Shown: positions 8,580 through 17,204 of the stretch, piece after piece
Position numbering within the stretch: the stretch's first letter is position 1
How the letters are laid out: each line of letters starts with the position of its first letter
IMG/VR virus record: IMGVR_UViG_3300023184_000027
Coordinates: 62,001-126,000 of that record
Length of the DNA: 64,000 nt
Strand: one strand, 5' to 3'
Translations under genes and position numbers: made by a program
The notes under the pieces: model-generated
What the model saw: the letters and a program-made list of their open reading frames with translations, nothing else
Told to the model about the DNA's origin: nothing
The model's database searches: none

Positions 8580-8870
8580 TTAATTTAAAGAAAAAGATGC
8601 GAATTGAGTATGGTAAATTAATGATTTAATTTTATCCATATCAACTTCCTCATTTTTAGATTCTTTAAGTTTAACAACAATAGAGATGAGTTGTTTTTGT
8701 GTTAAGGAAACATCTTCACCATTTTCAAGATTATCCAATGATTGTTGTTTCACTCTGTCGTAGAAGTCATCTTTCAATAAGTCCCCAATTAACTCTATTA
8801 AGTCATTGGGGTTCTTATCGAAGAAAGTTGTAAATTGATTAATGTAGATTTCAACATCAACATTTTTCAT
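8580..8870 (-). CDS. Hypothetical protein
   Basis: Clean 96-aa ORF in gene order. Confidence 0.7.
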   Translation of the reverse strand: MKNVDVEIYINQFTTFFDKNPNDLIELIGDLLKDDFYDRVKQQSLDNLENGEDVSLTQKQLISIVVKLKESKNEEVDMDKIKSLIYHTQFASFSLN

Positions 8871-8893
8871 ATCATTATTTTTTAAAATGGGGG

Positions 8894-10273
8894 TTAGGAA
8901 ACAGTATAAAATCCTGGTTCTTGTTCGCTAAGGTTCTCTAAAACTTTTTCAGGTATTTTAACATTTGGATTACTACCTCTTAAGTTAATGAACGCCAAGT
9001 CAGGAAGTTCAGAAACACTCTCAGGAATATTCTCTATTTGAGAATTACTTGGTAATGATAAAAATTGTAAATTCTTTAAATTTCCAATTGATTCCGGCAA
9101 ACTTTTACAAATGTTTTGTAATAATAACGCTTCAAGATTTACAAATCTACCAATAGAATCCGGAACATCTAATGCAATATCCTCATTAGATTTATTGTTA
9201 ATTAATAAACGTAATATAGTATCCGGTAAACTTTCAAATAATTCGTCAAACCCATAAAGAGCCACAAACTTACCTGATGAACTATCCGGATAATTTACCT
9301 CAACAACATCACCACCAGTTTTAACTAAACCTTCAGCAAATTCTTTTTTGAAGTATTCTTTAAGTTCTTTTCCTTCACCATTTAAGAATTCAACAAGATT
9401 TATTTGTCTATCTCTTCTATTCATAAATTGACTAGATGGGAAATGGAATTGGTATCTGTTTTTCGGTAATCCGGTTTTATCACTAAATTCTGTATCGTTA
9501 TTTGGTAATACAACATAATATTGTCCACCTTGTTTTAAGTAATAATCAAAATAAGTTCCGTCAATTTTTGAAGTACACCAACTTGTTTCACCAAATTGGT
9601 CAGATGTATCGTAATACCCACCAAAATAAGCCCCCGCCTCTTTAGCCGGTTGACTCATATCACTAATTGTTACAACAGTCCAACTTGGACTAACAAAATC
9701 AATTTTAGACCCAGGGTAAACAAAAGGATTTTCTTTAGTCAATCTTTCGGCCTTATTTGATTTAGAATCTTTTGTTAATTTAAAATCTTCTACAGCGGTA
9801 TATAATTGTTCAGGAGTTATTTTATTAATATCTCTTAATTCCTCCGGGATTCTTGATTTAAAACGCTCATGTTTTAATAAATCAACACCAAGTTTATCAA
9901 TGTCTTCTAAAAACATTCTTCTATATTCTTGAGCAGCTCTTTTATATTCCGGAGTACCAACTTCAATATCAGCTCTCTCATCAGTAAAAGTTGGTCTTAT
10001 AAAATGTTTTAACATCCATTGAGTATACTTACCAACCTTAACATTATCCATATCTTCTAAAGTAGCACCTTCTTTGTCAAAACCTTGAGGAACTCTAGTT
10101 GTTGGGTCAGCAAATATTATTGTTTTTAATGTTTCCAAATCCATTGCACCTTTAGGTTTTTGTCCCGGAGCTGTTGGTTTTGCCGCTGCAGTTGGTTTAA
10201 CTAATTTGTCGTATAATACTTGGAAACGAGATTGTTCTGTTATCAAATTCGAAAGTAATGAGGTTATTTTCAT
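8894..10273 (-). CDS. Protein with a conserved phage WCTS domain and C-terminal leucine-rich repeats
   Basis: LRR units SLPDTI.., VPDSIGRFVNLEALLL, SLPESIGNLKNLQFLSL, IPESVSELPDLAFINL. Central SWCTS...FDYY...RYQFHF...QFM motif. Confidence 0.8.
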   Translation of the reverse strand: MKITSLLSNLITEQSRFQVLYDKLVKPTAAAKPTAPGQKPKGAMDLETLKTIIFADPTTRVPQGFDKEGATLEDMDNVKVGKYTQWMLKHFIRPTFTDERADIEVGTPEYKRAAQEYRRMFLEDIDKLGVDLLKHERFKSRIPEELRDINKITPEQLYTAVEDFKLTKDSKSNKAERLTKENPFVYPGSKIDFVSPSWTVVTISDMSQPAKEAGAYFGGYYDTSDQFGETSWCTSKIDGTYFDYYLKQGGQYYVVLPNNDTEFSDKTGLPKNRYQFHFPSSQFMNRRDRQINLVEFLNGEGKELKEYFKKEFAEGLVKTGGDVVEVNYPDSSSGKFVALYGFDELFESLPDTILRLLINNKSNEDIALDVPDSIGRFVNLEALLLQNICKSLPESIGNLKNLQFLSLPSNSQIENIPESVSELPDLAFINLRGSNPNVKIPEKVLENLSEQEPGFYTVS

Positions 10274-10348
10274 TTTAATAGTTTTTTATTATAAATATTC
10301 GTTTTTTGTAAATAATTCGCCAAACACCATTACTTTTGTTTGACGGGA

Positions 10349-10379
10349 CAAAGATAATGATAATTTTTAATAATCCAAA
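10349..10379 (-). promoter_or_regulatory. Bacteroidetes-type promoter TTTG-N19-TATCTTTG
   Basis: TTTG at 10379-10376 and TATCTTTG at 10356-10349, upstream of the LRR gene. Confidence 0.7.
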
Positions 10380-11234
10380 TTAAATTTTATAATTCATAAT
10401 TAAAATTTCTTCACCCATTGTTTGTGTCTTACCCTTCTTAGCCGCAGCCGCTTTTGCAAATAATTTTCTCTCCCACTGATATTGATTCTCCGGAAACCAC
10501 ACCTGTAATTGTGGAAAATCATAGTAAGACAACGAGAACTTCCCTTGAATACCTTTTAAAGTATCCGCCAATCTTTCGTGGTCTTCTCTTCCAAAATCAT
10601 GGTTAGAATAATAACTACCTTCACCCACAATGTAATAGGGTGGGTCAACATAAAAATAACTTGTAGGACCATCATACTTCTCTATAACCGTTTGGAAATC
10701 CATATTTTCAATATGTGTTATACTTTCAAATAATTTTTGCCAGTTTGGTTTCTTTAATTTGTTTTTGAATGATGTAAATTTTGAATGGTAATTACCTTTT
10801 AAATCTATAAATTTTGATTTAGATGGATTGGCACCTGAAAAAACCTGAGTTAACACATAGACATACTTCGCAGCTATCTCATAATTTGGGTCTTCACCAA
10901 TAACTAAATCATCTGAATAAATTTCTTTTTGAAACTTATCGAAATTTTCTTTACAAATAGGATTAGTTGGGACGACATTTTTCTCCTGAACCACCAATTT
11001 CTCACATTCTTCTAACAATCGTCTATGATTAACCACACAACGATACAGATTGTGATTGAGGGAATTAAAGTCGTTATAAACCACTTTTTTTAGATTAGAG
11101 TATTCCTCTAACTTCATTCCAAAGAATATCCAAAATTGACCTGAAAATGGTTCACAATATGTCTCAATGTCTTTTGGGATGAATGGAACTATGAATGTTT
11201 GCATTTTACTCTTACCACCTATATAACTTATCAT
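10380..11234 (-). CDS. Dam-family (D12 class) N6-adenine DNA methyltransferase
   Basis: YIGGKSK, YCEPFSG, YNDFN, ENMDF and FYVDPPY motifs in alpha-class order. Confidence 0.9.
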   Translation of the reverse strand: MISYIGGKSKMQTFIVPFIPKDIETYCEPFSGQFWIFFGMKLEEYSNLKKVVYNDFNSLNHNLYRCVVNHRRLLEECEKLVVQEKNVVPTNPICKENFDKFQKEIYSDDLVIGEDPNYEIAAKYVYVLTQVFSGANPSKSKFIDLKGNYHSKFTSFKNKLKKPNWQKLFESITHIENMDFQTVIEKYDGPTSYFYVDPPYYIVGEGSYYSNHDFGREDHERLADTLKGIQGKFSLSYYDFPQLQVWFPENQYQWERKLFAKAAAAKKGKTQTMGEEILIMNYKI

Positions 11235-11333
11235 AATTTTTGTTTTTTATAAATATAAGAAATAAAAAGTGTAAAAGCAAGTTTTTCTTTTAAAATTTTT
11301 TCACTATATTTGATATAAATTAATATTATTTAT

Positions 11334-11552
11334 ATGGAAACAATAGAAGCACAAATTATCGAAGAAAAAGACATTAAAACAACAGAAAAAATTAATCAAA
11401 ATACAAAGGACGAAAAATCAGGTTGTAAATCTTGCAAAAAGAAAGGAATATCAAACACCGATTGGCTTATGATAATCCTTTCATCTTATATTTTATTCTC
11501 ATCAGTTTATGGTACAATAAAATTGATTAAAGAACTTATGTTATTATTCTAA
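11334..11552 (+). CDS. Small membrane protein with a GCKSCK motif
   Basis: CxxC followed by a C-terminal hydrophobic helix; TATTTAT immediately before the ATG. Confidence 0.7.
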   Translation: METIEAQIIEEKDIKTTEKINQNTKDEKSGCKSCKKKGISNTDWLMIILSSYILFSSVYGTIKLIKELMLLF

Positions 11553-11554
11553 AA

Positions 11555-12478
11555 TTACTTACGAGAGAATTTAACATTTAATTTTATAAACAAATCCCCA
11601 ACATTATTAAACCCTTTGGATTTAACTCTAAGGGGTTTTGTTGTGTCAAAGTCAATCGGCAATTTAACCGATATATTACCTTTTGGATGACTAACATCTA
11701 AAGTATCTTTCTTTATTGACTCTAAATCAAAAAAGGCATTAAACACTAAATCATTACCAAGTTTTTCAAAATTGTTTTCAGGTGAAACTTTAATCCTTAA
11801 AACTAAATTTCCGTAAATTCCATTATGGAAATCACCTTTTCCTTGCAATCTTAAAAATTGACCATCATCCACAGCATGAGGTAATTTAATTGATAAATTT
11901 TCAATAGAACTTTTGGTTGTTTCTCCATTACAAGACCCACAAGTTCTTGAATATGTAAACCCATTTCCATTACAAGAATTACAAACTTGTCTCACCATCT
12001 GAATAAACATACCAGTACCAATTCTTTGAATAGTAAATCCTTCTCCTCGGCAAGTACCACAATTTACCCTATCACCACCACTACCATTACAACCACCACA
12101 TTTATGTTTTCTACTATATGTTATTGTTTTATCAGAACCATTATAACTTTCTAAAGCCCCAACCACAACTTCAATTACTTTATCCGGAACTGATGGTCTT
12201 CTTTGAGAGTTCATATTATTAAACATATCTTCAAATGGGTTTCCACCACCACCAAAAGGATTAAAACCACCACCAAAAGGATTTGACCTTTGATTATCGT
12301 ATTGTTGGCGTTTATCGTTGTCCCCTATCGTATCAAACGCTTCAGAAATTTCTTTAAACTTATTCTCATCACCACCTTTATCCGGATGATGCTCCACCGC
12401 CAATTTTCTATAGGATTTTTTAATCTCTTCTTGGGTAGCCGTTTCATTAACCCCTAATGTCTCATAAAAATTTTTCAT
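11555..12478 (-). CDS. dnaJ: DnaJ (class A) co-chaperone
   Basis: J-domain with HPD, G/F-rich region, four CxxCxGxG-type repeats and a C-terminal substrate-binding domain. Confidence 0.95.
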   Translation of the reverse strand: MKNFYETLGVNETATQEEIKKSYRKLAVEHHPDKGGDENKFKEISEAFDTIGDNDKRQQYDNQRSNPFGGGFNPFGGGGNPFEDMFNNMNSQRRPSVPDKVIEVVVGALESYNGSDKTITYSRKHKCGGCNGSGGDRVNCGTCRGEGFTIQRIGTGMFIQMVRQVCNSCNGNGFTYSRTCGSCNGETTKSSIENLSIKLPHAVDDGQFLRLQGKGDFHNGIYGNLVLRIKVSPENNFEKLGNDLVFNAFFDLESIKKDTLDVSHPKGNISVKLPIDFDTTKPLRVKSKGFNNVGDLFIKLNVKFSRK

Positions 12479-12532
12479 ACTTATTTACTTATATTTAATT
12501 TAAAACTAATCTATTTAATAACAACTATCAAC

Positions 12533-13174
12533 ATGAATTACTTAATTGTTCTATTCAAAAATAAAATAAAAAAGAAAATAATCAATAAATTTAAGACACA
12601 TAAAAAGTCTGATGATTTATTTATTACCTTATCTAATCAAAGTAATGATGTTATTTTTGAAAAAAAGTATACGAATGGGGATGAATGTAGTTATGAATTA
12701 GCAATGTTGGAGAGGTCATCCGGAACTTTTATCCCTGTGTACTTAAAAGATGAGTTAGGTCGACAAATTAAAGTTAATTTAGACGATGGTGATTATACAA
12801 TAACAAAAATAATAACCTATAAAATTGAGGAGACTTTATTAGACACCACCTTAAATAAAAAAATAAACTCTCATGAGTTTATTAAATTGTATTTAGACCC
12901 AGTGGGGTTTAAATTAATGTCAAAATTAAATAATAAAATTATTGTTCAGAATGACGATAAAGTTAATTTATTCATTTTAAAAAATGAGTATGATTCCTCT
13001 CGTTTTATAGAATCTATTTCAAATAAATTTATATCAGAAAAAAGAATGGATTGTATGTTCATTAAAGATTGTTCTACACCCCAAAAAAAATCCCTGTATA
13101 ATTTGTTAATTAATCAGGGGTTTTCAAAAGACTACCTTCTTCGGTATTCAACAACTCATCCAGTAAAAAAATAA
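12533..13174 (+). CDS. Hypothetical protein
   Basis: 213-aa ORF divergent from dnaJ. Confidence 0.7.
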   Translation: MNYLIVLFKNKIKKKIINKFKTHKKSDDLFITLSNQSNDVIFEKKYTNGDECSYELAMLERSSGTFIPVYLKDELGRQIKVNLDDGDYTITKIITYKIEETLLDTTLNKKINSHEFIKLYLDPVGFKLMSKLNNKIIVQNDDKVNLFILKNEYDSSRFIESISNKFISEKRMDCMFIKDCSTPQKKSLYNLLINQGFSKDYLLRYSTTHPVKK

Positions 13175-13376
13175 ATTCAGTGTTTGAAATATCAATTTTA
13201 AATTGTTTATAATTTCTGTCAACATCTCTAAAATTTTTTTGAACTGTTTTATAATCTTTTTCTTTAAGTTCAAAAGCTATCATACATTTCCCATCAGGAA
13301 ATAAATTTTCAATAGCATCAGATATCATCGCTAACTTTTGAATTACTCCATCAACACTTTTTTTATTCTCATCCAT
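13110..13376 (-). CDS. Hypothetical protein
   Basis: ORF in a tightly packed minus-strand run. Confidence 0.65.
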   Translation of the reverse strand: MDENKKSVDGVIQKLAMISDAIENLFPDGKCMIAFELKEKDYKTVQKNFRDVDRNYKQFKIDISNTEFIFLLDELLNTEEGSLLKTPD

Positions 13377-13534
13377 AAGGTTAGTTTTTCCGGTATTATT
13401 TGTTTTGGAAGAATATCTTCCTTTTTAATTTTAGCAATGTCATTAATTAATCTTGATTTTTCATTATCTAAATTAATTTCATCTTTTTTAAGTTCATTCT
13501 GATACCACTCTAGGTGTTTCAAGCTCTTCTTCAT
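13343..13534 (-). CDS. Hypothetical protein
   Basis: 63-aa ORF overlapping both neighbours. Confidence 0.55.
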   Translation of the reverse strand: MKKSLKHLEWYQNELKKDEINLDNEKSRLINDIAKIKKEDILPKQIIPEKLTLWMRIKKVLME

Positions 13535-13922
13535 TGTCTTCTAGTTCAATTTTATCAGTTTTTATATTAAATTTTAATTTTTTTAAATTATTCAAATTTT
13601 GTTTTTCAAAAATAGTTTTTAATTCATCAACTTTATATTGGAAGAGTTTATCTTTTTCTTCTCTGTCCAAATTATACTTAATAATGTTTCGTAAATTCTC
13701 TGAAGTCTTTTCAATATTATCTTCATTTATTTCACTAACAAACGAAAAAAATCTATGGTCCGGTACTTTACTCTCTTGTTCCATTAATTTATCTTCCTCA
13801 ACATATTTTTTAGGTAATTTCCAATCCATAGGAAACGCAACATCAAAACTTAAATATTTTTCAATTTTTCTAACTGATTGTAGATAAGGGAATAATGTTG
13901 AAAATTCTTTATATAAACTCAT
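13494..13922 (-). CDS. Hypothetical protein
   Basis: Likely start MSLYKEF at 13922, directly after the stop of the upstream gene. Confidence 0.7.
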   Translation of the reverse strand: MSLYKEFSTLFPYLQSVRKIEKYLSFDVAFPMDWKLPKKYVEEDKLMEQESKVPDHRFFSFVSEINEDNIEKTSENLRNIIKYNLDREEKDKLFQYKVDELKTIFEKQNLNNLKKLKFNIKTDKIELEDNEEELETPRVVSE

Positions 13923-13924
13923 AA

Positions 13925-14110
13925 TTAATATTTTATAATATAGGTTAAACAATAGGATATTGCTAATCCCAAATAGATAAGTTCCCCATTATACAATAAA
14001 AACCTTTTTGGTGGGTTTGATATTAGGGAACCTATTAATCTAGTTACCGTCCGTAAAACGGTTAAGACTGAAAAGATAAATATAAACAATAAAATTGTTT
14101 TAATATCCAT
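13925..14110 (-). CDS. Small two-helix membrane protein
   Basis: Two hydrophobic stretches in 61 aa. Confidence 0.65.
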   Translation of the reverse strand: MDIKTILLFIFIFSVLTVLRTVTRLIGSLISNPPKRFLLYNGELIYLGLAISYCLTYIIKY

Positions 14111-14112
14111 AA

Positions 14113-14289
14113 CTATTCGTCTTTTTTTCTTTCAGATAAAATTTCTTTTCGTAAAGTGTCTAAAGATTTTTTTAAATCTTGAGATAATTTTCTAGCTCTA
14201 GTACCAGCACTTTTATTACCTGCGAAGAATTTTGTAGCATCCACTGATAATTCTTCAGTTAAAGCTTTAATTTGTTCTAATGTTTCCAT
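14113..14289 (-). CDS. Histone H1-like Hc1-family nucleoid protein (58 aa, not in the ORF track)
   Basis: METLEQIKALTEELSVDATKFFAGNKSAGTRARKLSQDLKNLLDTLRKEILSERKKDE. GNKSAGTRARK is the signature of the Hc1-like family seen in Bacteroidetes and Chlamydia. Confidence 0.8.
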   Translation of the reverse strand: METLEQIKALTEELSVDATKFFAGNKSAGTRARKLSQDLKKSLDTLRKEILSERKKDE

Positions 14290-14370
14290 GTCAAAGTTTG
14301 TTAATAATTTATTTTTATTTCTTTAAAAGTAAATTTATTTATACCATTGTAAACACTATATAGACTTTTT

Positions 14371-14838
14371 TTATGTTTTGAGACTATTATTCAACACTTT
14401 GTATATCATTAAAATCATCTCTAAATCAGATTTTGTAAATGTTTTTTCTAAATTAAATAAATCTGTGAAAAATTCACCGACTGAAAGTCTAACTTTTTCC
14501 TCCTTTTGATGATAAAAAATTTCATCAAAAAAAGATTCAAAATAATCATAATGACCACCTTTAAGATGGAAATTAATATTTTCTTTTTTAAAATTTTCAA
14601 TTGTTTTCTTCCAACACCAATCAAAATGATTTAAATTATCTTTATCAGACAAAATTATTTTTGTTTCGTTAGAAATAGTGTTTTGACCTAAATAGGTCTG
14701 TAAAATTAAAGAGTTAAGTGAGTGGGAAAAGTCTGAATATAGTTCTAATTTTTCGGGAATAACATTGTTAACCCTAAACCAGACTTCTACATCTTCGGGG
14801 GACATTGGCTTTGTTATATAATTAAAAAAATTCTCCAT
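14371..14838 (-). CDS. Hypothetical protein
   Basis: 155-aa ORF. Confidence 0.75.
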   Translation of the reverse strand: MENFFNYITKPMSPEDVEVWFRVNNVIPEKLELYSDFSHSLNSLILQTYLGQNTISNETKIILSDKDNLNHFDWCWKKTIENFKKENINFHLKGGHYDYFESFFDEIFYHQKEEKVRLSVGEFFTDLFNLEKTFTKSDLEMILMIYKVLNNSLKT

Positions 14839-14857
14839 AGAGTTTGTCTATGGAGAA
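14824..14857 (-). terminator. Terminator-like hairpin overlapping the start codon of 14371..14838
   Basis: 11-bp stem TTCTCCATAGA/TCTATGGAGAA, 5-nt loop, followed by TTTTTTT on the minus strand. Confidence 0.65.
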
Positions 14858-14885
14858 ATTATAATTCATTTTATTTTTTTGTAAA

Positions 14886-16154
14886 TTATTGAGTCTTACC
14901 TTTGTAAGTAATTAGTGATTTCATTCTATCAAACTCTTCTGATATTTGTTTTGATTGTTTAGGCTCTAACGACTCTAATTTAGCCATTAATTTAGACCCT
15001 TCATCTTCACCAGAATTGTCAGTAACAATAGGTTGCGGCGCTTTATTATAAGCCTTCTTTTTAATTTGACCCAATATATTCTTTTTCCTAATTGTATTTC
15101 GTTTTTTGTTAACATCCGATTCACCAGTGTTAGCCCATTCCGGATTATTACCCGTTCTTGAAGACCCTTCAATGTTATCAGTTATCCACTCTTCATTTGG
15201 ATGTATTTCATCATATACTAAATTTTCTTGACCCGCAGCCGTTAAATTATCTGTATACTCTTCAACAGCCCCTGACGGGATATAAGCCTTTTTACTCATT
15301 TTAGATAACTCACCATTTCCTTTTGGAAATATTTTAGGTTCTGTTGAGTACTCACCTTTAGAACCGTCTTTTAAATATTCTTTCATTTTTTTAGTAACAG
15401 ATTTAAGATAATCATCATTTTCTTTACCAGATTTTTTATGAACTTGAATTTGTTTATCTAAACCTTTAGGTGTTCCCATTGATTTAATGTTTTTTTCTTT
15501 ACTCTGTTCCATAATAACACTTTCAATTAATTCAATCATTTGACTTTCAGTTAATTTAACAGACTCTTTACGTTTACCCTCTTCACCCATCTCTAATTTT
15601 TTGTTTTTTCTTAACATTTTAAAATCTTCAGTGTCTAATCGGTTATTTTTATTTTTATCTAAAACTTTTTGATTTCCTTTTAAAGATTCTTCCATCTCCG
15701 ATTTTTTACTTTTTCTCAACATTTTAAAATCTTCAGTGTCTAACCTATTGTTTTTATTTTTATCCAAAACTTTTTGATTTCCTTTTAAAGATTCATTAAC
15801 GTCTGTTCCACAAAATTTCTCAATTCTATCTTTAGGAGCGTTGTTTTCTTTATGCCATTTACAAGCCTCTTCATCATAATCATAATTACCATCGGAATCA
15901 CTATCACCTTCTTCTTCTTCAATATAGTCAAACGATTGACTTTTTGGGAATTTTTTTGAGACATCGTAAATTCCTTCACCACACTCCGAACATTCTCCTT
16001 CATACATCATTCCACCACACTCACAAATATTAGACTCATTCTCATCAACACTGCTTTTTATTTTAGAGACTAAATCATCAGCTCTATTTTCTAAAGTTTC
16101 ACTTAAAATTTTAGATACTAAATTTTCTAAATAAGTTGTATTTAATTTTTTCAT
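14886..16154 (-). CDS. Charged, probably head-associated protein with two EF-hand-like repeats
   Basis: ESLKGNQKVLDKNKNNRLDTEDFKMLR occurs twice; CECGG...CSECG Cys cluster. Confidence 0.7.
   Translation of the reverse strand: MKKLNTTYLENLVSKILSETLENRADDLVSKIKSSVDENESNICECGGMMYEGECSECGEGIYDVSKKFPKSQSFDYIEEEEGDSDSDGNYDYDEEACKWHKENNAPKDRIEKFCGTDVNESLKGNQKVLDKNKNNRLDTEDFKMLRKSKKSEMEESLKGNQKVLDKNKNNRLDTEDFKMLRKNKKLEMGEEGKRKESVKLTESQMIELIESVIMEQSKEKNIKSMGTPKGLDKQIQVHKKSGKENDDYLKSVTKKMKEYLKDGSKGEYSTEPKIFPKGNGELSKMSKKAYIPSGAVEEYTDNLTAAGQENLVYDEIHPNEEWITDNIEGSSRTGNNPEWANTGESDVNKKRNTIRKKNILGQIKKKAYNKAPQPIVTDNSGEDEGSKLMAKLESLEPKQSKQISEEFDRMKSLITYKGKTQ
15615..15794. repeat. Direct repeat, 75-nt unit with 105-nt period (EF-hand-like peptide)
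   Basis: Copies at 15615-15689 and 15720-15794. Confidence 0.85.
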
Positions 16155-16177
16155 TTTTTGTTTTTATTATAAATATA

Positions 16178-16954
16178 TTATTTTTTATTTAAAAGCATTT
16201 TTTCATACTCATAAGAGATAATTGTTTTAATAACATTTTCACTTATATTATGTTTTTCACTAATATTTTGAATAGCTTGTTTAACCATATCATTCTCATA
16301 TAGTTTTAAAGACTTAATATCACCTTGATTACAATATGGAAATTTTTTACATTTTTTCTTAACTTGGACAAATTTTCCTCCCGGGATTTGAGTTTTAGAA
16401 GCACCTCTCCAATCTTTTTTACTTGGTGATTTAGCCCAAGCAGCAGGAGTTTCATATGAACCTGAAGAACCTGAACCAGTTGATTCAGTAGCTTCAACTT
16501 TTTTTACGTCATCTTCTTTAACACAATTCGGAACTTTCTTTTTACCTTTATCTTTTGTACCAATTTGTTTATAACCTTTCCAACATTCTTCTTCCATTTC
16601 TTTTTTTGTTGTTGAAAATAGTGGAGTTTCAAATCCTCCTGCAGAAGACGCACCCATAGATTCAACAGCTTCTTCCTTTTCACCCATAATAGGTAAGGAT
16701 GATGATAATTTACCAACAGGTTTTTTTAATTTAGTATCCCCAACTAATTTAGTGGCAATTCCTTTATTAATAGGTCTCTTAATCATGTCTAATTTTTTAT
16801 TTTTTTTATTTGACTCCCCTAAATCTTTTGTAATGTCTTGAGCCGCTATTATTGTATCAACAACATAACCATCTCTATAAGGAGCTGTTTGGGTCACCTC
16901 ACCATTAATCTTCTTTTTTAAATCATCAGACATTTCGTCTTCTTCTATTTTCAT
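16178..16954 (-). CDS. Hypothetical protein with CWKGY...VPNCV motif and a duplicated E-S-x-G-x-x-S-x-G-x-(F/Y)ETP motif
   Basis: Motifs read from the translation; the CWKGY..VPNCV motif recurs in large-phage proteins. Confidence 0.7.
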   Translation of the reverse strand: MKIEEDEMSDDLKKKINGEVTQTAPYRDGYVVDTIIAAQDITKDLGESNKKNKKLDMIKRPINKGIATKLVGDTKLKKPVGKLSSSLPIMGEKEEAVESMGASSAGGFETPLFSTTKKEMEEECWKGYKQIGTKDKGKKKVPNCVKEDDVKKVEATESTGSGSSGSYETPAAWAKSPSKKDWRGASKTQIPGGKFVQVKKKCKKFPYCNQGDIKSLKLYENDMVKQAIQNISEKHNISENVIKTIISYEYEKMLLNKK

Positions 16955-16957
16955 TTT

Positions 16958-17203
16958 TTAAGCGTTTTTAAGTCTTGATTCCCAAAAACTTCGTTGATTC
17001 CACATTACACTATATAATTCTCTAAATGACCTAATAACAATATCCTTAACCTCACCCTCAAGTTTACCTCGTTTTATTTCACGACCGAGTATTTCAATAA
17101 GTTTTTGTTCGTATTGTTTAATTGTTGTAGTACCAAAGAAATCTTTAATTTCTTTTCGCATCATAACCTCAATTTCTTTTTTCTCCGCTGCAGTAAACGC
17201 CAT
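16958..17203 (-). CDS. Hypothetical protein
   Basis: 81-aa ORF in an operon. Confidence 0.7.
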   Translation of the reverse strand: MAFTAAEKKEIEVMMRKEIKDFFGTTTIKQYEQKLIEILGREIKRGKLEGEVKDIVIRSFRELYSVMWNQRSFWESRLKNA

Positions 17204-17204
17204 T

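Noticed and set aside
10288-10330. 13-codon upstream ORF (MVFGELFTKNEYL) between the promoter and the LRR gene
   Set aside because: Too short to distinguish from chance, with no associated structure.
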